The translations under genes were made by a program, and so were the position numbers. Below the pieces are notes generated by a model, which worked only from the letters and a program-made list of their open reading frames with translations, was not told the origin of the DNA and did no database searches. From an uncultured Mycobacteriaceae bacterium (lineage in GTDB: Bacteria; Actinomycetota; Actinomycetes; Mycobacteriales; Mycobacteriaceae): 45,233 bases of DNA. Positions 39,869 to 45,233 of the stretch are shown here, piece after piece. Position 1 is the first letter of the stretch. Each line of letters opens with the position of its first letter. The DNA lies in NCBI GenBank assembly GCA_964451655.1, contig CAYVJJ010000001.1, forward strand, positions 1 to 45,233, read 5' to 3'.

Positions 39869-41571
39869 ACCGCCCGGTGTCGGGGAAGCGAACCGGGGCG
39901 GAGCGGGCCGGCACGCGGACCGGCACCGGGGGTGCGGCGGGCGCCCAGGGGCGCCGCAGCGGCATAGCTGTCTGGCTCAGCGGGCCGCTGATGTCGTTCC
40001 ACCTGGTCATCACCGTCACGGCGTTGTTGACCCTGTCCGGTCTGGCGATGGTGCTGTCTGCGTCGAGCGTGGCCTCGTACAACGAGGACGGCTCGGCGTA
40101 CAGCATGTTCAACAGCCAGTTGATGTACTCGATCATCGGCGCGGTGCTGTTCTACATGGCGATGCGGCTTCCGATCACCTGGCTGCGGCGCTTCGCCCCG
40201 GCGGGCATCGGTGTCGCCGTCGTTCTGTTGGCGCTGGTACTGGTCCCCGGCATCGGCGTCGAGGTCCAGGGCGCGCGGCGCTGGATCGACCTGGGGCCGT
40301 TCTCCCTGCAGCCGTCCGAGGTGATGAAACTCGTCCTGATCATCTGGGGCGCGCACATCCTCACCCGCGCCCGGACCATGCCCGGCCCGCTGGGCGATCC
40401 CCGTGTGCGTCTCATCGGCGTGTCGGTGCTGACGTTCGCACTGGTGATGCTGCAGCCGAACCTGTCCACCACGATTGCGCTGGCGATCATCGTCGCCGCG
40501 CTGCTGTGGTTCGCCGGGCTCCGGATGAAGTGGTTCGCCGTGTTCGGCGGGCTCGGCGTGGTGGCGGCCGGTGTCCTCTCGCTCACCGCCGGGTACAGGG
40601 CCAACCGCATCCAATCCTTCCTGAATCCGGGCTCGAATCCGCAGGCCGGCGGCTATCAGGCGCTGCAGGCGAAGTTCTCGCTGGCCGACGGGGGCCTGTT
40701 CGGGCGCGGGCCCGGCCAGAGCCGGGCCAAGTGGAACTACCTGCCCAACTCGCACAACGACTTCATCTTCGCGATCATCGGCGAGGAGCTCGGCCTGATC
40801 GGCTGCCTCGTCGTGATCGTGCTGTTCGTGCTGTTCGCCTACGCGGGTGTGCGGATCATGCTGCGGTCGGCGGACCCCTTCCTGCGGTTGCTGGTGGCGG
40901 GCATCACCGTGTGGACCGTCGCCCAGGCGTTCATCAACATCGGCTACGTGGTCGGGCTGCTGCCGGTGACCGGCCTGCAGCTGCCGCTGATCTCGGCGGG
41001 CGGGAGCTCGACGACGATCACCCTGGCCGCGTTCGGCTTCATGGCCAACGCTGCGCGCCACGAGCCGGAGGCCATCGCGGCCCTGCGGTCGGGCCGCGAC
41101 ACGCGGGTCCCGCCGTTCCTGCGGCTGCCGCCGCCGGAGCCGTACCGCCCCGAACGCGGAGCTGCCGTCCGGACGGCCACGCGCGGGGAGCGTGCGCGTC
41201 GCGCCCAGCAGCAGATGGCCCGGCGGCGGGCGGCCGACGGCGCCCGCATGGGCGCACCGCGGACCGGGGCCGGACGCGGTGCGCAGACCGCCCGCCATCC
41301 CGGCGCCCCCCGGTCGGGCTCGCGCGGAACAGGACACCGCGGCGCGGGCTCCGGCCGGAGCGGCGCGCCGCGCGGGCACGGCCGCGGCGGACGCACCGGC
41401 GGACACCGGGGCGGGGGAACGCCGTATCGTCGGAATGGAACGCCCACGACCGGGCTCGGTGATCCGCGCGGATCCGCGGCGGACGGGCCCCGGGGCGGCC
41501 ACCCGCGTCCGCGCGCAACGCGGGCCGGGTATCAGGGTCCGAGCAGCAGGAAGCGAGGAGATCGGTGGTGA
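39865..41571 (+). CDS. ftsW: SEDS peptidoglycan polymerase FtsW
   Basis: [24 protein letters not shown] and [10 protein letters not shown] motifs; long Arg/Gly-rich tail. Confidence 0.95.
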   Translation: MNRPVSGKRTGAERAGTRTGTGGAAGAQGRRSGIAVWLSGPLMSFHLVITVTALLTLSGLAMVLSASSVASYNEDGSAYSMFNSQLMYSIIGAVLFYMAMRLPITWLRRFAPAGIGVAVVLLALVLVPGIGVEVQGARRWIDLGPFSLQPSEVMKLVLIIWGAHILTRARTMPGPLGDPRVRLIGVSVLTFALVMLQPNLSTTIALAIIVAALLWFAGLRMKWFAVFGGLGVVAAGVLSLTAGYRANRIQSFLNPGSNPQAGGYQALQAKFSLADGGLFGRGPGQSRAKWNYLPNSHNDFIFAIIGEELGLIGCLVVIVLFVLFAYAGVRIMLRSADPFLRLLVAGITVWTVAQAFINIGYVVGLLPVTGLQLPLISAGGSSTTITLAAFGFMANAARHEPEAIAALRSGRDTRVPPFLRLPPPEPYRPERGAAVRTATRGERARRAQQQMARRRAADGARMGAPRTGAGRGAQTARHPGAPRSGSRGTGHRGAGSGRSGAPRGHGRGGRTGGHRGGGTPYRRNGTPTTGLGDPRGSAADGPRGGHPRPRATRAGYQGPSSRKRGDRW

Positions 41572-42764
41572 CCGGATCGGATTCCAGGTTGTCCGTCGTG
41601 GTGGCGGGTGGCGGGACGGCCGGGCACATCGAGCCCGCTCTGGCGGTGGCGGACGCGGTGGCCGAGCTCGAGCCCGGGTCACGCATCACCGTGCTCGGGA
41701 CGGAGCGCGGCCTCGACACCACGCTCGTGCCGGAGCGCGGCTACCCCCTCGAGCTCATCCCCCCGGTGCCGCTGCCGCGCAAACCCAGCGGCGACGTCGC
41801 CCGCCTCCCGGGACGGGTGCGGCAGGCGGTGCGCAGGACCCGGGCGATCCTCGACAGCAAGCAGGCCGACGTCGTAGTGGGCTTCGGGGGTTATGTGGCA
41901 CTGCCCGCATACCTCGCGGCCCGGCCCGGTTTCATCGGCGGACGGCGCAGGACGCCCGTCGTCGTGCATGAGGCCAACGCGAGTGCCGGTCTGGCCAACA
42001 AGGTGGGCGCACGCGGGGCCGCGCGCGTGCTCGCGGCCGTACCGGGCACGGGGCTGCCCCGTGCCGAGGTGGTGGGCATCCCGCTGCGCAGTGCCATCAC
42101 AGACCTGGACCGCGCCGCCCTGCGGGCCCAGGCGCGGGCGAGCTTCGGGCTGGATCCGGACGCCCCCACGGTGCTCGTCTTCGGCGGTTCCCAGGGGGCC
42201 CGTTCGCTCAATACCGCGGTGGCGTCCGCGGCCCGCGACCTGTCCGCCGCCGGAATCGGCGTGCTCCACGCGCACGGCCCGAAGAATTCCGTCAGCGTGG
42301 ATTGCGCCGAGGGCGGCCCCGACTACGTCGCGGTGCCTTACATCACCCGCATGGACCTGGCGTACGCCGCGGCGGACGCGGTGATCTGCCGTGCCGGCGC
42401 AATGACCGTGGCGGAGGTCTCCGCAGTGGGGCTGCCCGCGATGTACGTGCCGCTGCCGCACGGCAACGGCGAACAGGAACTCAACGCTCTGCCGGTGGTC
42501 GAGGCCGGTGGGGGGCTGCTGGTCCGCGACGACGAACTGTCCGCCGGCACGGTCCTGGACAAGCTGGTGCCGCTGCTGCACGACCCGGACCGGCTGTCGG
42601 CCATGTCGCGGTCGGCGGGCAACGCGGGCCACCGCGACAGCGCCCGGCGCATCGCCCGTATCGTCCTCGACACGGCCCGCGGCGGGGCTGCGGTCCGTTC
42701 GGCGGCGGGCACGGCGCCCGGAGACGGCGCGGACGGCGACTACGTGAGGGGGCAGGGCCGGTGA
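41568..42764 (+). CDS. murG: Undecaprenyl-PP-MurNAc-pentapeptide GlcNAc transferase
   Basis: [27 protein letters not shown] and RAGAMTVAE motifs; start 41565 or 41568. Confidence 0.96.
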   Translation: MTGSDSRLSVVVAGGGTAGHIEPALAVADAVAELEPGSRITVLGTERGLDTTLVPERGYPLELIPPVPLPRKPSGDVARLPGRVRQAVRRTRAILDSKQADVVVGFGGYVALPAYLAARPGFIGGRRRTPVVVHEANASAGLANKVGARGAARVLAAVPGTGLPRAEVVGIPLRSAITDLDRAALRAQARASFGLDPDAPTVLVFGGSQGARSLNTAVASAARDLSAAGIGVLHAHGPKNSVSVDCAEGGPDYVAVPYITRMDLAYAAADAVICRAGAMTVAEVSAVGLPAMYVPLPHGNGEQELNALPVVEAGGGLLVRDDELSAGTVLDKLVPLLHDPDRLSAMSRSAGNAGHRDSARRIARIVLDTARGGAAVRSAAGTAPGDGADGDYVRGQGR

Positions 42765-44263
42765 GCTCTGATACGGGGCACAGGGCGGGGTTGCCGCCGC
42801 ACCTCGAGCGCGTGCACATGATCGGGATCGGCGGAGCAGGCATGTCCGGCATCGCCCGCCTCCTGCTGGCCCGGGGCGGCCAGGTCTCGGGAACGGACGC
42901 GAAGGAATCGCGGGGGGTGCTGGCGCTGCGCGCGGGCGGGGCGCGGATCCGCATCGGCCACTCGGCCGCGGCGCTGGACATGCTGCCCGGCGGCCCCACC
43001 TCGGTCGTGTCCACGCTGAGTGCGATCCCGCGTGACAACCCGGAGCTCGTCGAGGCCGCCGCCCGGGGGATCGACGTCCTCCTGCGGCCCGCGGTGCTGG
43101 CGGCGCTGATGCGCGATTACCGGTCGCTGCTGATCACGGGCACCCACGGCAAGACCTCGACCACGTCCATGGCGGTGGTGGCGCTGCAGCACTGCCGCAT
43201 GGACCCCTCCTTCGTCGTCGGCGGCGAGCTCAACGAGTCCGGCACCAACGCCCACCACGGCACGGGTGACGTCTTCGTCGCCGAGGCCGACGAAAGCGAC
43301 GGCTCGCTGCTGCAGTACCGGCCGCAGATCGTGGTGGTCACCAATGTCGACGTGGACCACCTCGACCACTACGGGTCGCTCGACGCGTACCGCCAGGTGT
43401 TCGATGATTTCGTCGATCGCATCGTTCCGGGGGGCGTGCTCGTCGCGTGCCTGGACGACCCGGGGGCGGCCGCACTGGCCGAACGCTCACTGGCCAAAGG
43501 GGTGCGGGTGATCGGGTACAGCTCCGCGTTCGCGGACGCGCCGTACTCCGGCCCGGTGCCGGTGGCGGCGCACCTGACGGACTGGGCGCCCACGGGTGCG
43601 GGCGGCGTCGGGGGCCTGCAGCTCGCCGGCGAGGACCGGCCGCGGGCACTGACTCTGGCGGTGGCGGGTCGGCACATGGCCGTCAACGCGGTCGGAGCCC
43701 TGCTGTCGGCACGCGAGGCCGGTGCATCGGTGGACCGCGCGCTCGACGGACTCGCCGGATTCGGCGGGGTGCACCGCAGATTCCAGCTTCGGGGGGAAGC
43801 CGCCGGGGTGCGCGTCGTGGACGACTACGCCCACCATCCGACCGAGGTCGAGGCCGTGCTGCGGGCCGCGCGCGACTTGGTGGGGACGAAGGGCGACCTG
43901 AGCGGCGGGCGCGTCATCGTCGCCTTCCAGCCGCATCTGTATTCACGGACCGCGGCGTTCGCCGCCGAGTTCGCCGACGCGCTGAGCCTGGCCGATGTCG
44001 CGGTGATCCTCGACGTCTTCGGGGCGCGGGAGAAGCCGGTGGCGGGTGTCAGCGGGCTGACCATCGCGGAGAAGACCACGACCACCACGTATTTCCAGCC
44101 TGACCTGTCGGCCGCACCGGCCCAGATCGCGGAACTCGCGCAGGCCGGCGACCTGATCATCACCATGGGTGCCGGGGACGTCACGATGATGGGGCCGGAG
44201 ATCCTGACCGCGATCGAGGCGGCGGTGCCCGGCGAGTCCGCGGGGAGCCGGGGCCGCCCGTGA
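42761..44263 (+). CDS. murC: UDP-MurNAc--L-alanine ligase
   Basis: [35 protein letters not shown] and FQPHLYSRT motifs; GTGA overlap with murG. Confidence 0.96.
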   Translation: MSSDTGHRAGLPPHLERVHMIGIGGAGMSGIARLLLARGGQVSGTDAKESRGVLALRAGGARIRIGHSAAALDMLPGGPTSVVSTLSAIPRDNPELVEAAARGIDVLLRPAVLAALMRDYRSLLITGTHGKTSTTSMAVVALQHCRMDPSFVVGGELNESGTNAHHGTGDVFVAEADESDGSLLQYRPQIVVVTNVDVDHLDHYGSLDAYRQVFDDFVDRIVPGGVLVACLDDPGAAALAERSLAKGVRVIGYSSAFADAPYSGPVPVAAHLTDWAPTGAGGVGGLQLAGEDRPRALTLAVAGRHMAVNAVGALLSAREAGASVDRALDGLAGFGGVHRRFQLRGEAAGVRVVDDYAHHPTEVEAVLRAARDLVGTKGDLSGGRVIVAFQPHLYSRTAAFAAEFADALSLADVAVILDVFGAREKPVAGVSGLTIAEKTTTTTYFQPDLSAAPAQIAELAQAGDLIITMGAGDVTMMGPEILTAIEAAVPGESAGSRGRP

Positions 44264-44952
44264 TGCGCGTGCGCCGACCGCATCTTCCGGAGCGCCGGCG
44301 CAGCCGGGTGCTGCTCGCCGGTGCCGTCGCAGCGGTCGTGGCGCTGGCGGCGGTGGCGGTGCTGTGGTTCACGCCCGCGATGTCGGTGCGGTCGGTGGAT
44401 GTCACCGGACTGGACCGGCTCTCCGAGGCGGAAGTGGTCTCCGCGCTCGCGGTCGGCAAGGGCACCCCGCTGATGCAGGTGGACACCTCGGCGGCGGCGC
44501 ACCGGGTGGCCGGGATCGCCCGGGTCTCCGAGGTCAGCGTGCACCGGGAGTTCCCGTCGACGCTCAGGGTGGACGTCACCGAGCGCAAGGCCGTGGCGTT
44601 CATGGACGACGGCGGCGGGCCACGGCTGCTGGACCGTATGGGCGTCGAATTCGCCGCGGAAGCGCCTCCGCCGGGGGTGCCGGAGATCACCGTCGCCGAC
44701 CCCGGCGACAAGGAGCTGCTGCGCGCGGTGCTCGACACCGTGAGCGGGATGCCGCCGCAGCTGCGTGAGCAGATCGTCTCCATCGACGTGGGATCGCCGT
44801 CCGACATCTCCTTCGGCCTCCCCGACGACCGCACCTTGGTGTGGGGGAGTGTGGGGCGCAGCGACCTGAAGGCGCCGGTGGCGCTTGCCGTGCTCCAGCA
44901 GCCGGGGCAGACGGTCGACGTCTCGAGCCCCAACCTGCCGACGGTCAAGTGA
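44260..44952 (+). CDS. ftsQ: Cell division protein FtsQ
   Basis: TM helix, POTRA region (G.PLMQVD...[12 protein letters not shown]), C-terminal [11 protein letters not shown]; lies between murC and ftsZ. Confidence 0.9.
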   Translation: MMRVRRPHLPERRRSRVLLAGAVAAVVALAAVAVLWFTPAMSVRSVDVTGLDRLSEAEVVSALAVGKGTPLMQVDTSAAAHRVAGIARVSEVSVHREFPSTLRVDVTERKAVAFMDDGGGPRLLDRMGVEFAAEAPPPGVPEITVADPGDKELLRAVLDTVSGMPPQLREQIVSIDVGSPSDISFGLPDDRTLVWGSVGRSDLKAPVALAVLQQPGQTVDVSSPNLPTVK

Positions 44953-45052
44953 CGCTGCGCCGGCGGGTGGATCACGCAAACTCCGACACGGTCCGGCGCG
45001 CCTCCTGGCAACAGCGCGCGGCGGTGCATAGCGTCTCCGCATAGTTCGGTAC

Positions 45053-45091
45053 TTGACATAACTCTAACCCTTTGGTTGAGGTTGAGGGTTT
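45053..45091 (+). promoter_or_regulatory. ftsZ promoter region with MerR-type (FtsR/Rv1828-like) operator
   Basis: TTGACA (45053-45058) followed by the imperfect palindrome AACTCTAACC...GGTTGAGGGTT. Confidence 0.6.
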
Positions 45092-45160
45092 TACGCCACG
45101 GCCGCACCGGACGCTTCGGGAAGACAGACGTAGTACGAGCAACATGGAAGGCGAGAGCAC

Positions 45161-45233
45161 ATGACGCCCCCGCACAATTACCTCGCCGTCATCAAGGTCG
45201 TCGGAATCGGCGGCGGTGGGGTCAATGCCGTCA
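45161..45233 (+). CDS. ftsZ: Cell division protein FtsZ (5' fragment, runs off the window)
   Basis: MTPPHNYLAVIKVVGIGGGGVNAV after GGAAGG RBS; too short for the ORF track. Confidence 0.97.
   Translation, partial: MTPPHNYLAVIKVVGIGGGGVNAV

Noticed and set aside
42302-42760. N-terminal extension of MurC (653-aa ORF)
   Set aside because: Overlaps murG out of frame; the GTGA overlap at 42761 gives a normal-length MurC.

Overview
GC-rich chromosomal window from a Mycobacteriales (mycolata) actinobacterium; the genus cannot be fixed from sequence alone. It is collinear with the M. tuberculosis Rv2190c-Rv2150c block. In order it carries: two NlpC/P60 hydrolases, a HExxH lipoprotein, pimB', fadD15, two SRPBCC proteins, an ArsA/Get3-like ATPase with a Cys-motif partner, ROK kinase, plsC, RNase AS, aroG, pknL/Rv2175c, a carotenoid operon (idsA2/crtE-crtI-mptA-crtB), metF, lppM, crtO, a GNAT, a SAV_6107-type HEPN protein, DUF3040, and the dcw cluster (mraZ to the first codons of ftsZ). 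I saw no mobile element, CRISPR array, tRNA or rRNA. Most of the window is conserved housekeeping, and I cannot claim a clearly new system. The best lead is a DNA-damage switch between the divergent GNAT and HEPN genes: an exact PafBC-type promoter immediately followed by a perfect LexA box. Other leads are a probable CUG start for the GGPP synthase, mptA translationally coupled inside the crt operon, mirror-image MraZ box arrays, a 17-bp perfect hairpin between pknL and Rv2175c, and many probable leaderless genes. Orthologue names come from recognising motifs, sequence and synteny by eye; no database search was run.
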